Origin: Setoptus koraiensis
Lineage: Eukaryota; Animalia; Arthropoda
Assembly (NCBI GenBank): GCA_048013815.1
Contig: CM106586.1
Coordinates: 10,354,001 to 10,418,000 of the forward strand
Reading direction: 5' to 3'
DNA: 64,000 nt
Made by a program: the position numbers and the translations under genes. Under the pieces are notes generated by a model. The model saw only the letters and a program-made list of their open reading frames with translations, was not told the origin of the DNA and searched no databases. The number at the start of each line of letters is the position of its first letter. The first letter of the stretch is position 1. Shown piece after piece: positions 1 to 8,402 of the stretch.

Positions 1-32
1 ACTTATTAATTGTAATATTATTATATTTACAG

Positions 33-277
33 GTGGATTTTTCGCCCTGCCGTTGCTGTGGCTTGTTAATTTTGTCTGGTTCTTCAAGCAAGCATTCTTG
101 CGACCTCAATTCAAGCAACAAAACGCTTTGAGATTTTTCGTCATCGGCTCACTCGTTGGTTTCTTTATTTACATGGTACCAATTATTTCGTGGATAGTCT
201 ACTATCAACTTTACCGAGTTGATCTAGGAAAATGGGGCCAATCAATAGCTTTCATGACTCCGGCCGGTCGACCTTAA
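33..277 (+). CDS. PSENEN: Gamma-secretase subunit PEN-2, last coding exon (5' exon lies before the window)
   Basis: Acceptor tttacag ends at 32. Exon reads GFFALPLLWLVNFVWFFKQAF...WGQSIAFMTPAGRP*, matching PEN-2 ([22 protein letters not shown]...LSFTIPLGTP). Confidence 0.93.
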
Positions 278-1267
278 CTCTGCGATATCGTCGAGTGTTA
301 TTCTAAGTAAGGTTCTCAATTTTTCTATATTGTATCCGTTGTGGCAACTGATGGGTAATATAGAACTGATGCCCTTCTTTGAGGGGAGCTCATTGAAATG
401 TTCCAGAAATTGTGACAATTTTACATCCGACTCCTTCATATCCATCTTGTTCAGGATTACCACAGCTGGCTTTGAAAACAATAAATCATCATACAGTTCG
501 AGTTCTTTTTGAAGCAAAATCAATGTCTCTATGGCACTCCTTTGGGGGTATGAGGGCCCGATATCGAAACCATTTATGTCTATCACGAAGGCAATCAACT
601 TCGTCCTTGTTGTGTGCTTCAGAAATTTATGTCCGCAGCCTAAATTCTTGTGCGCCCCCTCGACAAGCCCTGGCAAATCGGCCAAACTTATACTTCGAAG
701 ATCTTTGAATTCCATCATTCCGATATATGGCCTCAAGGTTGTAAATGGGAAATTGGCAACTCTAGGGTTCGCTCTGGTGAGTGTCTTGAGCAATGTAGAC
801 TTACCGGCGTTTGGGAATCCCACAAGGCCTATGTCAGCAATCATCTTAAAGTCTAACCTTATCATTCTCCTTTGTCCTACTCCTCCAATACTATTATTAT
901 ATTTGTCTCCTCCTCTCCCCCCTAGCGCGACTAGAACACGGTCATTGATCTGATTAATATCACCGAGTATTTGTTTATCCTCATCTTCTATGGTTACGCC
1001 TAGTGGACAATCTATAAGTAGGTCTGGTCCAGGGTCGCCTACTAATTGATGTTTGTTTGCATTAGATCCATTCTTGGCGATATACCTCTGATCTGTATTC
1101 TTTGTCAGTACTTGCTTCAAATCTGTTAGATCTGATCCTCTCACATAAACATCTCCACCTTTGCCACCAACACCGCCGAACTGTGGGAGACCATGCCCAC
1201 CTGAACCAGCTTTGCACAAAATCCTCAATGAGTCGATAAATCGTGATCTTGCACTTGATATACCCAT
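242..1267 (-). CDS. GTPBP10: Obg-family GTPase GTPBP10 (mitoribosome assembly), intronless
   Basis: RFIDSLRILCKAGSGGHG Obg fold start, G1 GFPNAGKST, G2 PFTTL, G3 DLPGLVEGAH, G4 NKMD. First ATG at 1267 (ORF track starts at GTG 1270). Confidence 0.92.
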   Translation of the reverse strand: MGISSARSRFIDSLRILCKAGSGGHGLPQFGGVGGKGGDVYVRGSDLTDLKQVLTKNTDQRYIAKNGSNANKHQLVGDPGPDLLIDCPLGVTIEDEDKQILGDINQINDRVLVALGGRGGDKYNNSIGGVGQRRMIRLDFKMIADIGLVGFPNAGKSTLLKTLTRANPRVANFPFTTLRPYIGMMEFKDLRSISLADLPGLVEGAHKNLGCGHKFLKHTTRTKLIAFVIDINGFDIGPSYPQRSAIETLILLQKELELYDDLLFSKPAVVILNKMDMKESDVKLSQFLEHFNELPSKKGISSILPISCHNGYNIEKLRTLLRITLDDIAELRSTGRSHESY

Positions 1268-1587
1268 CACTTTGTACTAATCTTGTCTTACGGTATAAAG
1301 AGCAGATAAAACAGAAAACCACGTTGTTGTTTGCGATCTTTTTTGTATAGCATAATCAACTTTTTCTACACACACATGATTTCTTTGCACGATCAGCACA
1401 ACAGCAGCACACGTCAACAATTCCTTTTACGCAAGATATACACAGTGTCTGCTTCTTTGACTACTTCGAAACAGGATGATGCTGACCAGTGTGTCTATCT
1501 TGATGCAATGTCTTTGGACATCATTCGGATAATTCTTGTCATCGGGACATCAGAATGCACCATAAGTTTATTGCTTGAAATTTAGCA
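1268..1587. promoter_or_regulatory. Shared divergent promoter region GTPBP10 / TTLL15-like
   Basis: Head-to-head ATGs ~320 nt apart. Confidence 0.6.
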
Positions 1588-3267
1588 ATGTCCACCGCAG
1601 GAGGGGAGAAAAACGATCGATCGATCAAAAGTGCCGGTCCATCTAAAGCAAAAAAGAAAATAAAGTCAACACAAGAAGATAGCACAAGCAATGGAGATGG
1701 CATATTTGGAATCTCGTACAAATTGATTGCTGGATTTCTTGCTTGCAGCGTTCTATTAGTAGCAGTTCATATACAATTGACAAAAAAAATAAGCCAAAAT
1801 CTAATTAAAGGCTCTATCAGGACCCAAAACAAAGGCCACAGTGACGAGAACAGAGTTCTCATTGTGGCAGAGAATGTGGAGGCAGGATATTTGGAACATG
1901 TCTTTGATGCATTTGATCTGTTTGAGTTTGGTATCTCGCAACAGTCTGAGCCTACGGTGCAAGTAGAGGATTTCTACAATGTTATCTGGTCGCACAATTA
2001 CCCTTTCACTAAACTCAAAAGCCTCGGGCCACACCAAAGGATCAATCATTTCCCTGGCACTGGTTTCATAACAAACAAATTGACGTTGTCAACAACTCCG
2101 AAAGTGCCGAACCTCTTGAAAGCTTTTAGGTTGCCAGAAGAGAAAGAACGATTCCTCGATTATGCAAACAAATATCCTGACAAGTTATGGATTCAGAAAA
2201 GTAGCAGTCATCGGGGTATTAGTGTAGAGTACGTTGATAATATTAGTGTTGACAGAAACAACACCCTAGTTCAAGAGTACATGTCGAATCCATTTTTGAT
2301 CGATGGAAAGAAGTTCGATATCGGAATCTATGCCGTGCTCACTTCAGTAGAACCTCTCAGAGCATACATATATGACACTGAGTCACTGATAAGATTTTGT
2401 GCTCAGCCTTACCTAGATCCTTCCAACGGCAAATTCAATGCGTCCAATTTGGATTCTTACGTTGTGGGTGATGATTACAGTCCTATATGGCTCATGCCAA
2501 CACTATTAAAATATTATATTGGGACAAATTTAAGCATGAAGGAGACTTTGAATACTTATCTGAGGAAATTAGGTAAAGATGGTAACAAGATATGGTCCCA
2601 GATTGAAGAGACAATCAGTAGTGTCTACAAACAAAAAGAGCATCATCTTGCTAGAATGAGCAGATTTTATCAGGAGGATAATGGATACAACAACACACAT
2701 GGTGGAACTCTCAATCAATTCTTTGAGATGGTCCGATTTGATTTCATTGTGGATGACGAACTCAACGTTTATCTAATGGAAGCAAACATGTCTCCGAATT
2801 TGTCATCGAAACACTTTCCCCCCAACAGAATCCTATATGAACAAGTTCTTCATAGTTATTTCAATCTCGTGGGCATAAGGGGCAATTACAGACGATTGAC
2901 CAATGGCCTTCATGATGTAATCAAAGATAAAGAATTGTCCGTCTACGAAGATTTGTGTGTGTCAGAAGAATGTCATTTAAACTGTGTCAAGCCAGAGTGT
3001 CTTATCTGTTATTTTTGTCTCAGAGATCATGACAAATTACACATGAAACGTGCCATCTACGAGCATAATTCAAGATGGAACTTCAAGCGACTTCTTCCAT
3101 CCACTGATGACGAATATTTGCAATACCAATTAACCCATCCTGAGAATCAACAGCAACTGTTAGATTCTAATTATATTCATGTTCATTGGTTCAGAGGAAA
3201 ATGTCTACAAGACGTGAGCTGGTGCAATTATCCATCTTTTAACGATAATATCTCAAAAGGAAACTGA
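1588..3267 (+). CDS. Tubulin-tyrosine-ligase-like ATP-grasp protein, TTLL15-like, with N-terminal hydrophobic anchor
   Basis: TTL motifs INHFPGTGFITNK, VQEYMSNPFLIDGKKFDIGIY, FFEMVRFDF, LMEANMSPNL. Hydrophobic segment LIAGFLACSVLLVAVHI near the N-terminus. AATAAA at 3297-3302. Subfamily assignment is by recall. Confidence 0.85.
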   Translation: MSTAGGEKNDRSIKSAGPSKAKKKIKSTQEDSTSNGDGIFGISYKLIAGFLACSVLLVAVHIQLTKKISQNLIKGSIRTQNKGHSDENRVLIVAENVEAGYLEHVFDAFDLFEFGISQQSEPTVQVEDFYNVIWSHNYPFTKLKSLGPHQRINHFPGTGFITNKLTLSTTPKVPNLLKAFRLPEEKERFLDYANKYPDKLWIQKSSSHRGISVEYVDNISVDRNNTLVQEYMSNPFLIDGKKFDIGIYAVLTSVEPLRAYIYDTESLIRFCAQPYLDPSNGKFNASNLDSYVVGDDYSPIWLMPTLLKYYIGTNLSMKETLNTYLRKLGKDGNKIWSQIEETISSVYKQKEHHLARMSRFYQEDNGYNNTHGGTLNQFFEMVRFDFIVDDELNVYLMEANMSPNLSSKHFPPNRILYEQVLHSYFNLVGIRGNYRRLTNGLHDVIKDKELSVYEDLCVSEECHLNCVKPECLICYFCLRDHDKLHMKRAIYEHNSRWNFKRLLPSTDDEYLQYQLTHPENQQQLLDSNYIHVHWFRGKCLQDVSWCNYPSFNDNISKGN

Positions 3268-3411
3268 TCCAAATACTCAACGAAATCAAAATACTCAATA
3301 AATTTTACGAAAATACAATCGCAGTTTTGCCCTACCTCATCGATCTATCGATTCTTATATGAACACTGGATTAGTCGAAAGAACTATCTAACATGGATTT
3401 TATTTTTAATA

Positions 3412-4086
3412 TTATTTAGACTCAACTTTAGAATCCGGAAGATCCTTGACTGTGTTGTAGGTGCTATCATCTCGACTTGCTCCATCTAGAAGCAAGTTTG
3501 TTAACAGGGAACCTTTATTTATCCTGGGGGTCAAAATAGGAGGCAACGGGTTTCCTTTCAATTCTAGAACGACACGTCCATGCCGCCACCATCGCATTTG
3601 TGATTTACCTGGGCCTGATTTGTGTGCAGTCCAGTCATATGGAACTCCTAGATTGTGTATGATGGTAAACGGTCCCAAATCTTCCATGTATCTTGGTACC
3701 AAGACCTTGAATAATTTGTGAATCAATTGTTTTTCCTTGAGCCAGAAATTAGCCAACTCCATTGTTGGGCGATGACGGTCTCCGTGACGCATCGCTTCCA
3801 CTATCAAACGTTCGGCGTAACCTCGAACTTCGGTTCCTCTATTATAATTGCATTCTATTCTTTCATTGCGAATCAATTCTGTTACAGTAAAGGCTAATCC
3901 GCCTAACTGGCCACCTAGAGTATTTTCGGGTTGATACTTGATTTTGTACTTCTTGTTTCGGACGGCGAATGGTAACTTAGGGTGTAGCTCGGTGTATTCT
4001 GTATTGATGGCATCAGGTACAATCCATCTTCCGATTTTGTATCTGACAGATCGTAGAGAGAATCTGACAACAGGATGAGAGGCCAT
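3412..4086 (-). CDS. MRPL17: Mitochondrial ribosomal protein bL17m
   Basis: TELIRNERIE, EVRGYAERLI, MELANFWLKEKQLIHKLFKVLVPRY and VLELKGNPLPP match MRPL17. Confidence 0.93.
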   Translation of the reverse strand: MASHPVVRFSLRSVRYKIGRWIVPDAINTEYTELHPKLPFAVRNKKYKIKYQPENTLGGQLGGLAFTVTELIRNERIECNYNRGTEVRGYAERLIVEAMRHGDRHRPTMELANFWLKEKQLIHKLFKVLVPRYMEDLGPFTIIHNLGVPYDWTAHKSGPGKSQMRWWRHGRVVLELKGNPLPPILTPRINKGSLLTNLLLDGASRDDSTYNTVKDLPDSKVESK

Positions 4087-4457
4087 CTGCGATAACCAAT
4101 GTTCAATGTATCAATCAGCACAGAGTTGATTAATATCCGATATTATTAAATTTACAAAAAGATTGAGGGGATAGCAAACATGTTGCGATTTTCGAACGTC
4201 ACGTGTATTTTTAATCGTGTCTCGGTAGACCACCGCTAGAAGGCTCGTAACTTGGTGCCCGAAAATCACGTACGAGTCGCAGCATGTGAGCCCCCTAGTG
4301 GCGAGAAATGCATAGATATAAGTCATATGTGTGGAACACACTTTGTGGAACAGCCTCTTTTGAAAACCTTCATTATATTGGTCGGATTCAATTAATATAA
4401 GCCCTTCGGTAGGATAAAACAATACCATCGTTAATCACAAACATCAACAAAAGCACG
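4087..4457. promoter_or_regulatory. Shared divergent promoter region MRPL17 / TRAPPC6
   Basis: Head-to-head ATGs ~370 nt apart. Contains GTCACGTG at ~4198. Confidence 0.6.
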
Positions 4458-5032
4458 ATGATTGATGATTGCCTTGTCGATTTCCTTCACATGGAAGTGG
4501 TAGATACTTTCGCTAATCAGCTATGCCCACCCGATTCTAAGGTAAGATACGGCAAGAACCCCTAAACCGCTAACCCACACCTAACTCGTAGCTGACTCAA
4601 ATCTGTTCTGATCCTTTGTAATTATGTTAGGAGGCAGGATTGAACAAATTGGAGCAAGTAGGTTATACCACGGGCTACAGATACGTCGAGAAACTAACCA
4701 AAGACATGCCGAGATTCAGAAACGAAGAATTAGACATAATGAAGTTTATATGTAAAGAGTTCTGGTCCTCAATATTCAAGAAACAGATAGACAATCTCCG
4801 CACCAATAGGTCAGGCGTTTATGTCTTACATGAAAACAGGTTTAGATTCATAACGCAAATCTCTGGCAGCGAGCAATACGTCGAGATGATGCCACAGTAT
4901 CTAGCCTTCACTTGCGGCCTTATCAGAGGAGCGCTAGCTGATCTAGGTATAGAATCTTTTGTGACAGCAGAAGTTGTTTCTCCACCACAATGTCGCTTCC
5001 AGGTACAAATCCAGCGAACATTCCAAATTTAA
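4458..5032 (+). CDS. TRAPPC6: TRAPP complex subunit 6 (Trs33), exons 4458-4541 and 4631-5032
   Basis: Exon 1 MIDDCLVDFLHMEVV ends AAG|gtaaga. 89-nt intron ends ttatgttag|. Exon 2 has LEQVGYTTGYR, LDIMKFICKEFW, KQIDNLRTN, GLIRGALADLG. Confidence 0.93.
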
Positions 5033-5069
5033 TATGTAAATATATAATTAGTACAATTAAATATAGCAA

Positions 5070-8000
5070 TTATCCTGATGTCAATCTTGTTGAGAATTTT
5101 TCCGAATACAGAGGTCTAGGTCTGGATGCCGATCCCTGCGTTGGACTAGGTGTCCCCGAATGATAGTCAAATCTATTTGGCCTTGCGTTGATCGGTGTAG
5201 AAGCGAATGGGGATCCTGATATAGGACTGCTTCGCGATGGACTCTGCTGAATAAAACCTGAGTCAGTCACAAATTGACTCGACGGTTTCCTCCTACGAGC
5301 CATGTACCATTTATAAGTGAATATTGAAGCTACAGATGTAGCTATAAGGTATAAGGCAAATTTGAAGTACTCGCTAAGTCTCTGAAATAGACTAGACGTC
5401 GGGGGCCTGATATCACATTGTCCGGAAAGATCCAGTGAGACACATTGACCTTTTGGGGGAGGTATCCAATGAGCATCTTTGTTTTGAGCCACACTATCGA
5501 TCTTTGTTTCAACGCTCGACGATGGTGAAGTTTGGATATTTGGCAAATTTTTCGGCTCCTCTATGCGTTCAATCGCTGGTGATAGCGTTGTTGGAGGTGA
5601 TGGTGTGAATACTTTCGGGGATTTTGTAATAATAGGAGCTACAGAAGTTCTCGGTCGTTCAGTTGTTGTAGTTGTGGTTGTTGATGTTGTTGTTGTCGTC
5701 GGAGCTACCTTGACTGGCCTCGGTCTTGAAGGCTCGGGCACAACATTTAGATGAAGGCAAAACATGGACGAGTCTACCTCGTCACAGAATTTCATGACAC
5801 GGCTAGAAGGATGAGTTGAGAGTTCACGGTTAAATTCGGAAGCATTCATAATTGTCACATCAGAGATAACAGGAGAGCCATTAGTATCTATGCAATGATC
5901 CTCTAGACGTATAATAAATTTTCCGGGCTGCCTAGGCATAATATCAACCCTGTTTGATCCTTGCACATAAGTCACGTTTGCGTACTTCGTACCGAGAACA
6001 GATTCGATAGAGAAATGTCCAGAACCTTTCATGATTGAGAATGTGACTACGTTCTTGGGATGATTATAAATAATGGTTTTGTTTGGGTTGAAGTAAGCAT
6101 TGTCCACAAACTGTATATCTTTCTCCTCAGATAACTCTAGTTCAGGTGGTTTAGGTATGGAATTCTTCACGGAGTTCTCTAGAACAAATTGTTTGTACCC
6201 CCGAACCAACGCGTGGATCCGAGCAAATCCTTCGGACCCATTTGGACTTACTGTGATGTAATTTCTTGTTAGTTTTCTGAATCCGTGGACGGCATTAATA
6301 TCTTCCAGGACCTCGTTGCGAGAACTCAAAGTTGCAGTCCCCGTCAAAGAGAATTCGAAGTTCAGGCTGGATATATTGAAGAAGCGACGTCCTGAGTCAT
6401 CATGAATCGACACTTCGAACTTTGTAGATCCTTGAGAGCTGATAGGTATGAGATTACTTGAATACAACCCGATATCATTGAGCGGACACGAGTCTTTCAA
6501 TTGAGGTTTAAGTAAAATACTGTCTGGCTTTGCGCAGCTGAATCGAACTACAGCTTTAGTTGAAGCAGGGTTTGGTAGATTAGCTGATGGGATATTTCCT
6601 ATGCTAACGGACACATCGACATCTCCAAGACGAACACAGGTTATTCTGAACACATGTAGATCTTTGTTCAGACGATATCTATCAAGTATCGGTGTATAAG
6701 AGACAGTTTCTTCGTTAGAGAGCTCGACTTTTGTAAAGTGATCTTCAGTGCGTTGTGCAAATGGTCTTGGTCCTCCTTCAAATGCTAGTTCGAGTGAGGT
6801 TCCTAGTGCTAAAACCCCCAAGGTTTCAGGATAAACTGCCTTCAATGGTTTAAAACATGCAATAGTGGCTGTAGTCTTGAGGGGTGGTGCTAGTTTGTTT
6901 GTAGGATCTATGTAACTTATCCATACCCTACTATGACCGGGCTGGTGACATGTAAACTTGAGACTTCGACAACTTTTTGCTCGAGCGTTGGGTATGATCT
7001 CGTTTTCCTCAAAAGAAAATCTAGTCTTTTCAACTATCTCCACATTGAACTTTATCTGACTGCAATCGTCAAAGAGTCTTAAATTAGAGCTGCCCTCGGT
7101 ATCTTGTAAATCTGGTTGAGTTGATACCATGCTCGTGGTGTTCGCATAGACAGCAATTGGTAAGTAAACAATTCCACCAACCTCTGTCTCGGTCACAGAA
7201 GGCAATACATTTATATCGGCTATTCTTGTAACAGATATGAGCGCATGGCGCGTAAATACTGAGCTTTGTACGTCGGAGCAAGTTACCAAGGCAGTTCCTT
7301 CGCCCTGTGTTCGTATTTTTACGACTGATGTATCCTCGTGATCGTATTCAATATTGGCCAGATAAGTATCATTAGATAGCCACTTGTAAGTTCCAGTGCT
7401 GCCCACAGCAAAAATTTGGACACTATACTTTGGTTTAACTATTGGCAGCCATGGTAGAAGTACAGTTGAAGGTTTAATCTCGAGTGGATCATAGATATTG
7501 AGATCCTGGATCATCTCTAGAGGTAGTTCAAATTTTGCCTCTTTGGTACCAAGTAGAGTGGCTATGATTTGGCACGGGCCAGTTTTCAGGGTTCTAATTG
7601 AATGTTGAGTACCGTTTGCAGAGGAATTCTCTAAGAATATTTCAGTAGGAAATTCAACTTGAATATCAAGATTGTCCGATGGATAGATCCTGTGGTGAGC
7701 TGAGTCGAAAATTCTTATTTCTATCTCGTAATCGGTGAATTTTTGTAGCGCCCAATTGTCTCCAGGAGTGATGTGCATGGTCATGTAACTGGCCTGAACA
7801 ACATGAATGAGCGATTCTGGCTGTTTGAAGTCCTGGTCGCTCATGACATTTTTATCAACAAACCTTATTTTTGTCTCTCCTAGCTCATCGAATGCTCTCA
7901 CAGTTGACGTTGACGTCTCTAAGTCTATAAGTGATGGATTGTCCACTTCTAAATAATACTGTTCTGAGGGTATCTTGATTTTATGCGCCCTACCCTGTTT

Positions 8001-8072
8001 TATAATTCTCACATGATAGTGAATATCAGCGTAAGGCACTAGATAGACATCTTGCGATGGCACTAATTCCAG
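5070..8072 (-). CDS. NUP210: Nuclear pore glycoprotein gp210, N-terminally replaced and internally shortened; in frame with the RPN1 segment (whole ORF 8402-5070, 1110 aa)
   Basis: PSQDVYLVPYADIHYHVRIIKQG...PSEQYYL, ITPGDNWALQ, SSANGTQHSIRTLKTG, GSTGTYKWLS, LELAFEGGPRPF, KGSGHFSI match gp210 Ig-like repeats. C-terminal TM (FALYLIATSVASIFTY) is followed by an S/T-P-rich tail. Confidence 0.88.
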   Translation of the reverse strand: MELVPSQDVYLVPYADIHYHVRIIKQGRAHKIKIPSEQYYLEVDNPSLIDLETSTSTVRAFDELGETKIRFVDKNVMSDQDFKQPESLIHVVQASYMTMHITPGDNWALQKFTDYEIEIRIFDSAHHRIYPSDNLDIQVEFPTEIFLENSSANGTQHSIRTLKTGPCQIIATLLGTKEAKFELPLEMIQDLNIYDPLEIKPSTVLLPWLPIVKPKYSVQIFAVGSTGTYKWLSNDTYLANIEYDHEDTSVVKIRTQGEGTALVTCSDVQSSVFTRHALISVTRIADINVLPSVTETEVGGIVYLPIAVYANTTSMVSTQPDLQDTEGSSNLRLFDDCSQIKFNVEIVEKTRFSFEENEIIPNARAKSCRSLKFTCHQPGHSRVWISYIDPTNKLAPPLKTTATIACFKPLKAVYPETLGVLALGTSLELAFEGGPRPFAQRTEDHFTKVELSNEETVSYTPILDRYRLNKDLHVFRITCVRLGDVDVSVSIGNIPSANLPNPASTKAVVRFSCAKPDSILLKPQLKDSCPLNDIGLYSSNLIPISSQGSTKFEVSIHDDSGRRFFNISSLNFEFSLTGTATLSSRNEVLEDINAVHGFRKLTRNYITVSPNGSEGFARIHALVRGYKQFVLENSVKNSIPKPPELELSEEKDIQFVDNAYFNPNKTIIYNHPKNVVTFSIMKGSGHFSIESVLGTKYANVTYVQGSNRVDIMPRQPGKFIIRLEDHCIDTNGSPVISDVTIMNASEFNRELSTHPSSRVMKFCDEVDSSMFCLHLNVVPEPSRPRPVKVAPTTTTTSTTTTTTTERPRTSVAPIITKSPKVFTPSPPTTLSPAIERIEEPKNLPNIQTSPSSSVETKIDSVAQNKDAHWIPPPKGQCVSLDLSGQCDIRPPTSSLFQRLSEYFKFALYLIATSVASIFTYKWYMARRRKPSSQFVTDSGFIQQSPSRSSPISGSPFASTPINARPNRFDYHSGTPSPTQGSASRPRPLYSEKFSTRLTSG

Positions 8073-8402
8073 ATGGGTAAAAACTTTGGTAACTACCAAA
8101 GGTTGGGAAGTTGCACCGGCTTCAACGGGTTTAGAGGTTAGATCTATTCTCCAATGACGGCCGTCCTCTGTCTTAGAGACTGGCATCAATGCATTGGCCA
8201 GTTTTGCCTCTATGTGAGATAATCTGGACACCTGGCCTTCTTTGTCATCACAGTCAATTAAATAGGACGTCAATGGGGCAGAGCCCGTATTTTCTATAAC
8301 GATACTTGTAGTTATTTTCACCAATTGAGTACTTAATTCTGAGGTTGTTACAACTGCCACCAAGCAGCATTGTACTATTAATAGTAAGGCAGTCTCAATC
8401 AT
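8073..8402 (-). CDS. RPN1: Ribophorin I (OST subunit 1) N-terminal segment, 110 aa, forming the 5' part of a chimeric ORF
   Basis: ATG 8402, signal peptide MIETALLLIVQCCLVAV, then ELSTQLVKITTSIVIEN...RLSHIEAK...GRHWRIDL...VEAGATSQPLVVTKVFTH. This aligns with RPN1 DLSSHLAKVTAEVVL...RLAHLGV...GRFFTVKL...LDPGAKISVIVETVYTH. Confidence 0.75.
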
